A DNA stretch of 64,000 nt from a virus. Shown in pieces: positions 11,445-21,811 of this stretch. Location of the stretch: the IMG/VR virus record IMGVR_UViG_3300047557_002442, positions 1 to 64,000 of that record. One strand, 5' to 3'. The translations under genes were made by a program, and so were the position numbers. The stretch's first letter is position 1. Every line of letters begins with the position of its first letter. Below the pieces are notes generated by a model that was not told the origin of the DNA, searched no databases, and saw only the letters and a program-made list of their open reading frames with translations.

Positions 11445-14400
11445 CTAAGAAATTTCAACATCGGAGCTTACTACTGCGATGCTATTATTAACGGCAGTTG
11501 ATGTCACAACTTTACCAAAGAACACGGTTCCTGCAACATGCAACACTTCTTTAAGCATTACATTGTATTTATCGAGTGGAATAGGGCTGTCTACCTGATA
11601 TGAATACTCTTGGTAGTAATATCCATCTTGAATTTTTTTAGCATCACTCAAGAATCCATCACGTGTAGCATAGTATCCTGTACCGGTACCATTGGTATCA
11701 ATGTTTGCTTTTGCGGTTGCTGATTTGGCAAAGTCTTCTGAATAAATTGTAATTGTTTCATCATTTTCATACCCAAACCCTGAATCAAGAATTTGTACTT
11801 GAGATATCGCACCTTCGTTGAAGGACACATTGGCATCGATAATAGCATTGATGCCAGAAGCATTGGATGATGCATCCTCCGTTACAGATACTATAGATGC
11901 ATTTGACCCGGAGAATGCTCCAATCAAATTATTAGCAACTGTTGGTGTAAATTCAGCAAAAAGAGATGTTCTCTTCACCTTTACTTGAGTAGTGTTTGCT
12001 GTTCTTACATATCCCTTAGCAACTGCGGATGATGTATCTGCTGCCGTATTAGCAACTATAAATCTTGTGTTACTGAAATCCCCAACCACAAAATATGATT
12101 TAAAGTTATTGTTTGCTGATGTGATGGATGTCGTTCCGCCACCATTACTTGAGGCATTTGTTGAATTGGCAGCAAATGTTCCATTAACACTCTTCAATAC
12201 CATATGAGTTGTATTTGTATTGAGTACTATACCATTAGCAGTGCCTTGTGTAACAGCATCGCCGATATTGAAATCATTGGTATTATTAACAACTAATATG
12301 GATGTGTTGATAGTGTTGCTGAATGTGCCAGACTGATTCTTAATCACTATCTGGTAATTGTTGCTCGCAATAAGATTATACGAGTAAACTTCCCCAAAGG
12401 CAACAGTTTCAATACCATCAGTACTAAAAACAAATTCATCCACCTTCAAAGCTGTGTTACCTGAATATAAATTGGCAAACAGTTTCACGGCAACTGAGTT
12501 TGTAGTCTGTGTAACAGTCTCACCAATAGTAAACGTTGGGCCATTCATGTTTGTTATATCAAGAATGATATCACGTCTATCCAATTCAGCCACAGCTGGC
12601 TCGTAGGCAGTGATAAATGGTTTCACATTATAGTTTTCACCCGGATTAATTTTCCACAAGGAGCTGATTGTTCCTATTGTTTTGGTACTAAACCTTAATA
12701 AATCTAATATTGGTGTTAATATAGTACCACCAGCTAGTTTAGGGAAGCCTAGAGAAAATACTGGCACAACACTACCACCCGTGCCAATCCCTGATGAGCC
12801 ACCTGTTGAGTTTGCTATCGTTGTTGTGGGATTAGTTGAATACCCGTTTCCAGTATTTGCTGTTAAAATAATGTTCGTTATCGTACCAGACGCGTTAGTT
12901 ATGATTGAAGCATTTGCTGATCCAAAGGAGCCTGCTCCTGTATTACCACCAGAAAAGGTAACAATATTAGTGTTGTCATATCCAGTTCCTCCACTGATAA
13001 TTGCTACATCAGCAATTTTTCCATATGATGAATTAGCACCTGTGAGTAACATGTTGAGGAATGGAACGTTATTACTATTATTATCTTTTAAGAAGTCAAG
13101 TGTTAATCTAACTGTCTCTGTATCTGTCAGCTGACTAATTTCTGCATTTGCACCCTGTCCTAAGGAAGTTGTCAGTACTGTTGCTGTGGTGTTGGACACT
13201 CGTCCAACAATACGACTTCCAGGTACTCCATAGAACACATTTGTTATGTCAATGACCCCAACACTATTTGTGTTTGATCCGCAAACATTACCAATAGCAG
13301 TAACATTGCTCGAGGATTGGATTACGCCCCCAATATCTGCGACCACGATTGGGGAGTTGATTTCACCACTTATAGAACCATATATTGTGTTACCTTCATA
13401 CCACCTATCTCCAGAAACATTTGATAGTTTTAGTAGCTCCCCATTTGCTGCATTTAGTGGTGTAGCGCTAGTTATTACTGTAGCATTTGATGATGACAAA
13501 CGGAATTGAATTGTGTGAGTATTGCTAAATGTTCCGTCAACGTTACCAAGAACAACAAAAGGAACAGATGAGTAATTTGTATAAGATGTCCATGGTAATG
13601 CAAGAACTGTTGCAGATGCTGCTGTGTGCGGTTGATATGCATACATTCCAACGTGAATACCATTTGCAGATATTGATGTTGAGTTAATAGTAGCTATGGT
13701 GATATTTGCTATACTATCAACTGTTCCAACTGTAACATTGCTAGATCCATTTGACTGATAAACAAGCTCACCGACAACAAAAGTATTTGATGAGGTGTTA
13801 TTTGATTGCACACCAAGCCATTGCTGGTTACTAATTCTGTAAACTAAGTTTGATGTTAAATTACCTGATAATCCATTGACCTTGATAGTGGCTACATTGG
13901 AACCAGCCGTTTGCGTCACGGTAACAATTACACCAGATGCCCCATCAGGATTTGTAACATAATTGCCAACTTGTAGCGCACCTGTTACGTTATTTGAAAC
14001 TAATTGAGTTATTGGTTGCTCAACTATCTCAAAAAGGTTAAATTGAGTTATTAATGTGTTAGAATTTGTGACATTACTTACGCCGAGAACCTTATCAGAT
14101 ACAATAATCTCAGATGTATTTGCATATCCCCAGCCACCATCAACTATCAATCTAAATCTAACAAGCCCAGTTTCTGTTACGATTTCGGTTACCAGCGCTC
14201 GAGCTCCAATGCCTCTTTCGGAATATAATAATACTTCCTCACCAACTTCAAACAACTCTCCACTGGACGTTATATCTATTGATGAGAGTGACCCTACAAC
14301 CTTGGGTGCATCAGCAACTAATCCAGTATCATCAACTATCAAATCACCAGTTTCAAAAACACCCTGTACATTAGATAGATAAAGAACATCAATTATTTTA

Positions 14401-15125
14401 CCTTTGATATTACGTTTAATGAGCTTTTCACAAAATGCAGTTGCCCCTGATATGGATCCAGTGACTTGCTTACCAATCAATAACACACCTTTTGGTGTAA
14501 CTGTGACTTCAAGATATTTTGGAATGACCCATTGACCATGGGATGGTTTTAATATATCATCGCCAGGATAATAAACACTAGCGCCCTCACCAAAAACAAG
14601 CCTGAATAATAGGTCAATTGATCTCTCACTACCTTTTGAACTATATAAATCTTGAGATGCTTTGATTAGCGTTCGCTTTGCTGAGAAGGTGTCAAATTGT
14701 ACACCTTTGAGATATTTTTCTTTGAAGTATACAAGAAAATTATCCGTAGTAAAGTCTAAATCTTTTATTTTAGTTAAGTTGCGTGAGAAATACAGAGCGT
14801 TTGTTGATTCACTTGACTCAATCAGCGACGTTGCCCCACCTGATGTTGTTACAGGTGTGTTATCAACAACAAAATACCCAGTGACTATTTTAACAAGTAA
14901 TGCATTTCCATTCTTGTATTCAACAACCCCTCTTGAGGTTCCCTGTGTCACCACATCATTCACAGCAAAGTTTGTTGCATTAGCAAGAGTAAGTTGTGTG
15001 TAGTTCTCTTCCAACCACTTATAGTATTCTTTGACAAAAAGAATGAATAAAGGTCCCTCTTCCTTATAAAATTCAGGAAACTGAGACTCAACAAGCGTAG
15101 ATATTGACTTTTCAATGTCGATCAT
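11445..15125 (-). CDS. gp7: Baseplate wedge protein gp7-like
   Basis: ISTLVESQFPEF..EEGPLFILFVKEYYKWLE; LYSSKGSERSIDLLFR; C-terminal KIQDGYYYQEYSY..LHVAGTVFFG; lies between gp6 and gp8. Confidence 0.8.
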   Translation of the reverse strand: MIDIEKSISTLVESQFPEFYKEEGPLFILFVKEYYKWLEENYTQLTLANATNFAVNDVVTQGTSRGVVEYKNGNALLVKIVTGYFVVDNTPVTTSGGATSLIESSESTNALYFSRNLTKIKDLDFTTDNFLVYFKEKYLKGVQFDTFSAKRTLIKASQDLYSSKGSERSIDLLFRLVFGEGASVYYPGDDILKPSHGQWVIPKYLEVTVTPKGVLLIGKQVTGSISGATAFCEKLIKRNIKGKIIDVLYLSNVQGVFETGDLIVDDTGLVADAPKVVGSLSSIDITSSGELFEVGEEVLLYSERGIGARALVTEIVTETGLVRFRLIVDGGWGYANTSEIIVSDKVLGVSNVTNSNTLITQFNLFEIVEQPITQLVSNNVTGALQVGNYVTNPDGASGVIVTVTQTAGSNVATIKVNGLSGNLTSNLVYRISNQQWLGVQSNNTSSNTFVVGELVYQSNGSSNVTVGTVDSIANITIATINSTSISANGIHVGMYAYQPHTAASATVLALPWTSYTNYSSVPFVVLGNVDGTFSNTHTIQFRLSSSNATVITSATPLNAANGELLKLSNVSGDRWYEGNTIYGSISGEINSPIVVADIGGVIQSSSNVTAIGNVCGSNTNSVGVIDITNVFYGVPGSRIVGRVSNTTATVLTTSLGQGANAEISQLTDTETVRLTLDFLKDNNSNNVPFLNMLLTGANSSYGKIADVAIISGGTGYDNTNIVTFSGGNTGAGSFGSANASIITNASGTITNIILTANTGNGYSTNPTTTIANSTGGSSGIGTGGSVVPVFSLGFPKLAGGTILTPILDLLRFSTKTIGTISSLWKINPGENYNVKPFITAYEPAVAELDRRDIILDITNMNGPTFTIGETVTQTTNSVAVKLFANLYSGNTALKVDEFVFSTDGIETVAFGEVYSYNLIASNNYQIVIKNQSGTFSNTINTSILVVNNTNDFNIGDAVTQGTANGIVLNTNTTHMVLKSVNGTFAANSTNASSNGGGTTSITSANNNFKSYFVVGDFSNTRFIVANTAADTSSAVAKGYVRTANTTQVKVKRTSLFAEFTPTVANNLIGAFSGSNASIVSVTEDASSNASGINAIIDANVSFNEGAISQVQILDSGFGYENDETITIYSEDFAKSATAKANIDTNGTGTGYYATRDGFLSDAKKIQDGYYYQEYSYQVDSPIPLDKYNVMLKEVLHVAGTVFFGKVVTSTAVNNSIAVVSSDVEIS

Positions 15126-15126
15126 A

Positions 15127-16929
15127 TTATTCTCTTATTTGAGTCGTTACAACGATTATGTCACTATCACGAATTGAAAGAATCACATTCTTTTCTGATG
15201 TGATATCAAAGGAAACCGGACGAGCATACAATTTAATTTGAGAACCTTCGAAGCTACTAACTACCAAGTTACTAATAGAGACAAGCCCCGATTGATAATC
15301 AACAGTGCCAATTTTAGACAATCTAGTATGAACACCTTGGTTTGTTGATATGAGCCACAGATTACCAATTCCATCATCCTCGATATATGCAGTGACTCCA
15401 TCATACATGAAGGATGATGTATTTACATTATGAACGACGTCAGCTGTTGGTGTAGTACTCTCTTGTTCTGGAATTGCGTTTTGAATTATCTCGTATCCAA
15501 AATCAAAAGATGCTGTATAGGATTCACCAAATATAGGAACTAAACTCTTATATGGAGTTAGAACAGTTTGATTACTCAATATACTTGGGTGTGTATCATC
15601 AATTGCTTTTACAAACTTACTGTATCTCAAAGTGCTCTTGAAGTCTGATAGTGACTGTATATTAAAGGTGCTAATTGTGTTGAGTACAAGAGATTTAATA
15701 TCGTTTTCTTTGAGTGTAGTGGTGTTTATATTATATTTAATGTTGGTGTCTACTTCAACAAATAAGAACTCTGGATCCACAATAACAGGATCAATTGAAA
15801 GTGGTGATCTTGGTTTGATGAAATTGTAGAACTTACGTTTTGTCAACTCAGGAATACCATCAGCATTCTTTACGTCAACAGCTATAAAAACTTTACCGTA
15901 TTGTGGAGGGTTTGCTTCTTCTCCACCATAAGCAGAGATAGCCTGTATTTCTGGAAAATTTTGTGAGAGTAAGTTTTCATAATCAGATGCTGTAACTGCA
16001 CGTTCTTGATTCTGATATGATCGGGGAGCATTATACTTTATAGATTCATTTGTTTCGGCAACAGCACCACCAACAGCTACACTATCGGTTAATATAGCAC
16101 TTATATTGGCTTGACCCTGAATTGGCCCATCAATATCAAATGTTGATGCACCGTTTGGTAACTCGCCATTACATACTCTATACTCAGCTATAATTACAGA
16201 CCCACTCTTTGGTTTTCTTCCAATAACATTATCACCAAACAATATTTCATACTGAGAATTTTCTGCAGCTTGTAGGAAGTATACCTGTGAGTTAGCATTG
16301 ACACCCAAGAACGATAATGCTCTTGTATATGGTAATGATGATGCGCCATTATCTTCAACAACCACTACTGATAAACTTCTTGTATCAATTGTTGGATTTG
16401 ATATAACAAAGCGTTGTTGGGTATTCGATGAATCAAAAACAAACGAATCAACAATATATGAGCCTTCATATATTCCAAGATTTTCTACAACAATAGTACC
16501 ATTTGAACTAGCGTTAAATATTAAATTGTCTTCTGTAGAAAAGGTGTAGTTATTACTACCAATTTTTGTAGTGAATGTTGTTCCTTTTGGAATTAATAAA
16601 CTATCAATGGCTGTAGATGGGGTAACATTGAATGAAATTTCTGCAAATGCAGAGTTGAAGGATCTTGGAACATAATTTAACTCTTTCGCGTGGGATACGA
16701 TAGTGTCTCTTAATTGAGCCGTATCAAGAAACATTTCACTACCAACCATGTTGAGATAGAAGCTATTCAAATAGGTGTTATATGAAAGTAGATCAATTAA
16801 TTGTGATATGTTCGAACCCTCAAAGTTAATATCTTTGAATGGGGAATCTGATCTTCTTAAATACTGAACGAGGTTAGTCTTGATGTTATCAAAATCTAAC
16901 CCAACTAAATTTATACTTGTGTTGGCCAT
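15127..16929 (-). CDS. gp6: Baseplate wedge protein gp6
   Basis: LDFDNIKTNL..F.D.NFEGS.IS.LIDLLSYNT; EMFLDTAQLR..IVSHAKELNYVPRS; RAVTASDYE; PPQYGKVFI. Confidence 0.92.
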   Translation of the reverse strand: MANTSINLVGLDFDNIKTNLVQYLRRSDSPFKDINFEGSNISQLIDLLSYNTYLNSFYLNMVGSEMFLDTAQLRDTIVSHAKELNYVPRSFNSAFAEISFNVTPSTAIDSLLIPKGTTFTTKIGSNNYTFSTEDNLIFNASSNGTIVVENLGIYEGSYIVDSFVFDSSNTQQRFVISNPTIDTRSLSVVVVEDNGASSLPYTRALSFLGVNANSQVYFLQAAENSQYEILFGDNVIGRKPKSGSVIIAEYRVCNGELPNGASTFDIDGPIQGQANISAILTDSVAVGGAVAETNESIKYNAPRSYQNQERAVTASDYENLLSQNFPEIQAISAYGGEEANPPQYGKVFIAVDVKNADGIPELTKRKFYNFIKPRSPLSIDPVIVDPEFLFVEVDTNIKYNINTTTLKENDIKSLVLNTISTFNIQSLSDFKSTLRYSKFVKAIDDTHPSILSNQTVLTPYKSLVPIFGESYTASFDFGYEIIQNAIPEQESTTPTADVVHNVNTSSFMYDGVTAYIEDDGIGNLWLISTNQGVHTRLSKIGTVDYQSGLVSISNLVVSSFEGSQIKLYARPVSFDITSEKNVILSIRDSDIIVVTTQIRE

Positions 16930-17354
16930 TATCGTATCCTACTGATAAGCATTTCCATTGTTATAGGTTCTCTCGTATTTATTGTGCTGAAAACAATAGT
17001 AACTCCGTACGCATTCAAGTCGTATGATGGAGAGATAATAACGTTCTCTAATCTCGCTCTTGGCTCATAATTTTTTATAGCATCAATAATATACTGCTTT
17101 AGTGCTTCTTCTGTTGCAGGTGCCATGTTTTCGAATAAAATAGCATTGATATCACTACCAAATAACGGATTCATTACACGCTCACCACGATTGGTCAAGA
17201 TAATATTTCTTACCGATCTCTTTATTGCATCCTCATTAACAGTAGCCACAACATCTTTTTTGTTTGGATGAATGTTGAAATTTGTTAAGAAGTCTGAATA
17301 ATAAATTTCTTGTTTTTCTGTTTCTTTCAATACTCTTTGTTTGATTGAAGCCAT
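16929..17354 (-). CDS. gp25: Baseplate protein gp25
   Basis: AIKRSVRNIILTNRGER..NPLFGSDI..LFE; I.NYEPRA. Start moved to ATG 17354 (MASIKQ). Confidence 0.9.
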   Translation of the reverse strand: MASIKQRVLKETEKQEIYYSDFLTNFNIHPNKKDVVATVNEDAIKRSVRNIILTNRGERVMNPLFGSDINAILFENMAPATEEALKQYIIDAIKNYEPRARLENVIISPSYDLNAYGVTIVFSTINTREPITMEMLISRIR

Positions 17355-17355
17355 C

Positions 17356-17646
17356 TTAACCTCCTGCAAACACATTTGGAGAGCCTTCTGCAACTCTTGT
17401 ACAACCGGATATTGCATCATTCACTCGCCCACACCCTCTACTGTTCACAAACACAGTTGTACTTCCAGTGGTTATTGGAGCTTGGTGAGAGGGACATGGT
17501 GCACCTGGCAGCAAGTGAGATGTGTTGAGGTCTCCCTGTCTCGAAACATATCTGTCATTACATAGTACGTTAGGTGAGTGCTCAAGCCTGAATGGTGTAC
17601 TGCAATGTGTTATATCTGCATCGTCTTTTCTAGTTACTGCTGGCAT
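17356..17646 (-). CDS. PAAR spike-tip protein (gp5.4-like)
   Basis: MPAVTRKDD..THCS; CPSHQAPI..GS.TVFVN..GRVNDAISGC..VAEGSPNVFAG. Confidence 0.9.
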   Translation of the reverse strand: MPAVTRKDDADITHCSTPFRLEHSPNVLCNDRYVSRQGDLNTSHLLPGAPCPSHQAPITTGSTTVFVNSRGCGRVNDAISGCTRVAEGSPNVFAGG

Positions 17647-17842
17647 TTGTTTCTCTTTTCATCAACTCGTCTAATAGTTGGGTGTAAATACTCATTCCAT
17701 GATGTTCTTCTTCAGTATGTGGTCCATCGGGAAACTCTGGACGAAATGATATAAGATTATCAAAAAATAATGGTATGTCCTCATAGTTGTTATATGTAAC
17801 AACCTCATTGCCAATTCTTACAACAAACTTACCAGTAATCAC
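17630..17842 (-). CDS. Small hypothetical protein between gp5 and PAAR
   Basis: Probable GTG start at 17842 after a GAGGGAG RBS; tightly packed with neighbours. Confidence 0.6.
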   Translation of the reverse strand: MITGKFVVRIGNEVVTYNNYEDIPLFFDNLISFRPEFPDGPHTEEEHHGMSIYTQLLDELMKRETNASSN

Positions 17843-17843
17843 A

Positions 17844-18590
17844 TTACTCCCTCTCAGGATTAAGATCAATACGTGGTGCTTTGAATGTCATTCTTCCTTT
17901 GGATTCGACTCTGTATGTCCCCTCCACCATCATATCAACATTGCCTAAAACATGTACCTTCACATTACCACCAATCCATACATTTTCATTTTTCACTATA
18001 ATCTCAAAGTGATCATCTACAACCTTATCTACTTTGCGACCTACATTATTTGTTTCAGAATAAGTTCCTGATTTATGGTAGATATGGATTCTTTCCTTAT
18101 CAGGAGTATCATCCACTTCAATTACATGGCCACGTTCTGTTCTAATAACTTTGTTATAAGGATATTTAGCGCCATATGCAGAATCAGGTTCCATGACTCG
18201 ACCCGATCCACGTTTTGTTTTTTCAACTGCGTTTGTACCACGTGCTTCCAATGCAACATCGTGTAGAGTTTGATTGTTTTGTGGTATACCAACTAGTGTA
18301 CCCATCACGATAGGATTGTTACCATCATTACCATCCATGAAAAACCCAACAACCGTCGACCCCACTTGTATGCCTGTAGGGGACAATCCTATCTTGTTGA
18401 GACTTGAACTATTAATTACATTCAGTACGTTTGCCCATGGTAACTCTTCTGTCTTTACAAGAGACTTCTTCTCTGAGTGAACATTGTAAATACGTACTCT
18501 GATACGGCCAAGCTTCAATGGATCTTCACGATCCTCGACCACACCCAGAAACCAACGGAACCCTTCATTACCTATCACACCTGTTGTCAT
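17844..18590 (-). CDS. gp5: Baseplate spike gp5 (OB fold plus beta-helix, no lysozyme domain)
   Basis: WFLGVVEDREDPLKLGRIRVR; LPWA; GS.VVGFFMDG..PIVMG; YPYNKV..TERGHVIEVDDTP.KERI..YHKSGT. Confidence 0.9.
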   Translation of the reverse strand: MTTGVIGNEGFRWFLGVVEDREDPLKLGRIRVRIYNVHSEKKSLVKTEELPWANVLNVINSSSLNKIGLSPTGIQVGSTVVGFFMDGNDGNNPIVMGTLVGIPQNNQTLHDVALEARGTNAVEKTKRGSGRVMEPDSAYGAKYPYNKVIRTERGHVIEVDDTPDKERIHIYHKSGTYSETNNVGRKVDKVVDDHFEIIVKNENVWIGGNVKVHVLGNVDMMVEGTYRVESKGRMTFKAPRIDLNPERE

Positions 18591-19834
18591 GCTAAAAATC
18601 CTATCTTATTACAATCAAACGACACTCTATGCTTGAACCTACCCTGTTCAAGATAAATCATATGTCTCAATTTTGTTATCATATAATTACCACTCGTTAC
18701 TGGACTTTGCTTCTCTGTTGTCTTGATACCTGATGTCTCTGGCAACTGTAGTGTTATCATATCCCCTATCATCAGATAATTATCACCATGAACAAATCCT
18801 CTGACAATATTCTGGTTGAATAGTGTTGCAAATGCTTGTTTATAGCCCAAATAATCTGATATAAAATCAGTTCCCTTACTTGTATCTTTCGGTACAAAAA
18901 ACTTATATTGGTCAAGTTTGGAAAACTGATCAACAAACTGCCCACTGTTTGGCAGCGATGCCTTTTTCTGACCAGTTGGTATGTTGTGAAATTGTTCACC
19001 CAACTTAAACGTTGTTTGTCCAAAATCCTTTGTTAGCATATCATATGACTTAGTTATATTGTTAAACATTCCACCTGATAATTTTGCAACAGTATCCGTC
19101 TTCTTCATATACTCATAATTTAACATGTTCCTAAAATTATGAGTCTGTCTTATAGGATCTTCTTTTGTTGCTGGTTGGAACTTGAACACTCTACTGTCAA
19201 TTGTTTTCATTCCTTCTGTAATCAACGATTCAATTGATTTAAAATGAAACCCAAGTTGATCTTCGTAGAAAACAAACACCCCACCGGTTGGCATCATACC
19301 TATTGCTCTCTGACGTAAAAGGTCGATTGCTTCAAATGGATTCATTCTTGGTATAGCGTACGGGATCAGTCCTTTTGTTTTTTCTATATTAAGAGGCTTT
19401 TGGGTTTTAATATTATTAACAAGAATATCGGTAACGATATTACTCACTATATCTTTATAAGCCTTTTCCAAATTCAATACACTGGCTGGAAAATGTTCTT
19501 CAGATACACATTGCAGTTTATAAAAACTACCCTTGTTACCCTGTTGAACTACTTCTGAGCTAACATTATAGACTCGTAAATTATATGTTGTAATAGTTTC
19601 ACGGAAAGGTGATTTGAAAGATATGGCAATCTTTTCCTCACCAACTATTGGTAGCTTTTTAACTAAATCAATTTGATCTTCAATAAGAACTTCTGCATAT
19701 ATTGTAGGAGCTTCTATATCTTCGTAGACAGATAGAGTCATCAACTGTCCTCTGATATCTTTTGTATCAGACTGGTTAGCATTAGTTATTTTAATGTCAT
19801 AAATTTTGACATCACTATTTTCTATAAATTGCAT
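18587..19834 (-). CDS. Baseplate hub protein (gp27-like)
   Basis: SVYEDI..PTI...LPIVGEE; FVFYEDQLGFHFKSIESL; GD...IGD.I; SGNYMITKLRH; lies between gp5 and gp53. Confidence 0.7.
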   Translation of the reverse strand: MQFIENSDVKIYDIKITNANQSDTKDIRGQLMTLSVYEDIEAPTIYAEVLIEDQIDLVKKLPIVGEEKIAISFKSPFRETITTYNLRVYNVSSEVVQQGNKGSFYKLQCVSEEHFPASVLNLEKAYKDIVSNIVTDILVNNIKTQKPLNIEKTKGLIPYAIPRMNPFEAIDLLRQRAIGMMPTGGVFVFYEDQLGFHFKSIESLITEGMKTIDSRVFKFQPATKEDPIRQTHNFRNMLNYEYMKKTDTVAKLSGGMFNNITKSYDMLTKDFGQTTFKLGEQFHNIPTGQKKASLPNSGQFVDQFSKLDQYKFFVPKDTSKGTDFISDYLGYKQAFATLFNQNIVRGFVHGDNYLMIGDMITLQLPETSGIKTTEKQSPVTSGNYMITKLRHMIYLEQGRFKHRVSFDCNKIGFLA

Positions 19835-20697
19835 TACAATAGATCCTGTATTTCTTTTTCTATCGTATCTACGTATCCAGAATCAATGAGTTTGATAAAT
19901 GTTCTACTCGTATTCAATTCCGTTTCATATGTGTAGTAACTTACTGGTTCCCAATAAATAAATTCTGATGCATCAAGTGCTGTGTATAATGTAGTTACAT
20001 TGGATGCAGCTGCATTTACTGAAGACTCCGATCCCACAACATTACCAATTACACCGGTCGTGTTAGCAAATGTTCCTTCAACATGTTTAACTATAAGTCT
20101 ATCAGACTCAACATTTTTGATAATCGCTTTACCCAATAATCCACCACTTGTATTGCTCTGTTTCACAATCTCACCAACAGTAAATGACGTAGCATTGTTA
20201 ACATAAAATTGAACAATTTTATTAGTGTCGACTACTAACTCTTGTTGCTTTCTAGTATAATATAATGTAGTGTTGTTATTGTCGGTTACTGGGTTCCAGT
20301 ATTTTTTCAGTCTGGCTGGCAATGCTTGATATAACGACTGATCTAGGATTCTATCATCATTATCATATGTAACTCTATAAAATGCCGTTTTCTCAACAGC
20401 ATTCTCAAAGCTTCCATACTTGTTAATTATGTGTTGATCAAACGAGGTTGGATCAAGTGGCCATTCATAGTATGGATCGACAAGTTTGTTACATAAAAAA
20501 ACTACCCATACATAACGAGCGTCCCCATAATAGTTCAGTGCAACGTGTTCTGGCCTCTCGCCATCCTTTATGGTATAAGGATAATATAATGACGAGTTCT
20601 TTAGTACAGTATCAGATAGTTTTACCTTAGCAAAGAGGTTGATGGCAACACTGTCACCATATGTTATGACTGGAAATTTTTCAAATAAATTATTCAT
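19834..20697 (-). CDS. gp53: Baseplate wedge protein gp53
   Basis: FEKFP.I.Y; YTIKDGERPEHVA..YYGD...WVVFLCN...DPYYEWP; YTYETELN...IKLI. Confidence 0.88.
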   Translation of the reverse strand: MNNLFEKFPVITYGDSVAINLFAKVKLSDTVLKNSSLYYPYTIKDGERPEHVALNYYGDARYVWVVFLCNKLVDPYYEWPLDPTSFDQHIINKYGSFENAVEKTAFYRVTYDNDDRILDQSLYQALPARLKKYWNPVTDNNNTTLYYTRKQQELVVDTNKIVQFYVNNATSFTVGEIVKQSNTSGGLLGKAIIKNVESDRLIVKHVEGTFANTTGVIGNVVGSESSVNAAASNVTTLYTALDASEFIYWEPVSYYTYETELNTSRTFIKLIDSGYVDTIEKEIQDLL

Positions 20698-20709
20698 AAA
20701 TTGTTACTC

Positions 20710-21801
20710 TTAAACACCTTCGAAGAAGTCGCGTGTTATTGGTTTTACCTCGCCAAATGTTAGGTCTAGTCTGATTTCCGTCGGATGTAGACCTCCTTTT
20801 GTAAATGCAGGAGCGCCAGATGGAGCATAATTAACGACCATTGATTTTAGATAACAATCCTGAAATGTGTAATATGCTTTGTCGTTGAGACCTTGCGATA
20901 CTGTTATACTACATCTATCTGGAAAGTTCATTAATAAACCATTGAGAGATGGATGCATTCTAACCTTCATTTCTCTTATGATTCGTTTCAGTGTCTCTGC
21001 TTCTTCCAATGAGTTTGGTGAAAATGTATAGCTGAAAGTATGATCTCTCAAACTTACACCCTCAAATTGAAGTTCTTGATATGGGTTCAAAATTGTACCT
21101 GTAACACGATCAAAAGCGTTACCAATATCTTCCATGCCTAGGTTTTTAACCATATACCTACCCATTGTATACAATCCTTGTCCACTCGTGGCTTGCTTGA
21201 GAGCCTCCCCAGCCTTTCTACCCAATCCCTCTGCAGCAGCTGTTGCCGATTTTGTATCTCCACCTAGTTTACTCAATGTATCATCCTTCGTAAGCATATC
21301 TGTTAATGCCCCAGTTGCCAATCCTAACTCCTTTGGATTGTAATTCATGCTGAAAGTTTCTTGAAGATTTTCTGGTATTGGCAAGTTCACGGTGAATGTG
21401 GGTCTCGATTGACGTTGCACAATTGGATTAGCTTGGTATTCGTCCTTGAATGTAATCTGTATAAAATACTTACCCAGGTCTAATGGATATGTTTCAACTG
21501 GCGGTGGTGAGGTTTTACTCGCCATGGCCTGCGGAAGCTTGCCTCCAATGGGTGGTGCCACTCCCAGGTTGTCTTTTAATTCACCAACAATATTTGTGGA
21601 TCCAAGAGTATTGAAGGCTCCTGAAATAGAGCCACCTCCTGATAGTCCAGATATCCCAAGTTTTGAACTTAAAGTGTTTAACGCTCCACTTACCCCACTC
21701 GATACTGAGGACGCTAAATTCTTAACAGTGGAAGAAAACGATTGCGCAGTTTGTCCGGACACTGTATTATTGTTTTGAAATGAGTTGAAGTCGATTGTCA
21801 T
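20710..21801 (-). CDS. gp48: Baseplate tail-tube cap gp48-like
   Basis: ILNPYQELQFEGVSLRDHTFSYTFSP.S.EEA..L..II; CYLKSMVVNYAPSG; DLTFGE...ITR. Confidence 0.82.
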   Translation of the reverse strand: MTIDFNSFQNNNTVSGQTAQSFSSTVKNLASSVSSGVSGALNTLSSKLGISGLSGGGSISGAFNTLGSTNIVGELKDNLGVAPPIGGKLPQAMASKTSPPPVETYPLDLGKYFIQITFKDEYQANPIVQRQSRPTFTVNLPIPENLQETFSMNYNPKELGLATGALTDMLTKDDTLSKLGGDTKSATAAAEGLGRKAGEALKQATSGQGLYTMGRYMVKNLGMEDIGNAFDRVTGTILNPYQELQFEGVSLRDHTFSYTFSPNSLEEAETLKRIIREMKVRMHPSLNGLLMNFPDRCSITVSQGLNDKAYYTFQDCYLKSMVVNYAPSGAPAFTKGGLHPTEIRLDLTFGEVKPITRDFFEGV

Positions 21802-21806
21802 AAATA
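21799..21806 (+). promoter_or_regulatory. T4-type late promoter-like CATAAATA for the plus-strand block
   Basis: One mismatch to TATAAATA, 5 nt before the gp4 ATG, at the divergence point between gp48 and gp4. Confidence 0.6.
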
Positions 21807-21811
21807 CCACT

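Noticed and set aside
87-16549. Many plus-strand ORFs of 60-150 aa in the ORF track
   Set aside because: They are antisense shadows of long minus-strand structural genes, with no RBS or recognisable motifs. The same applies to similar antisense ORFs across the window.
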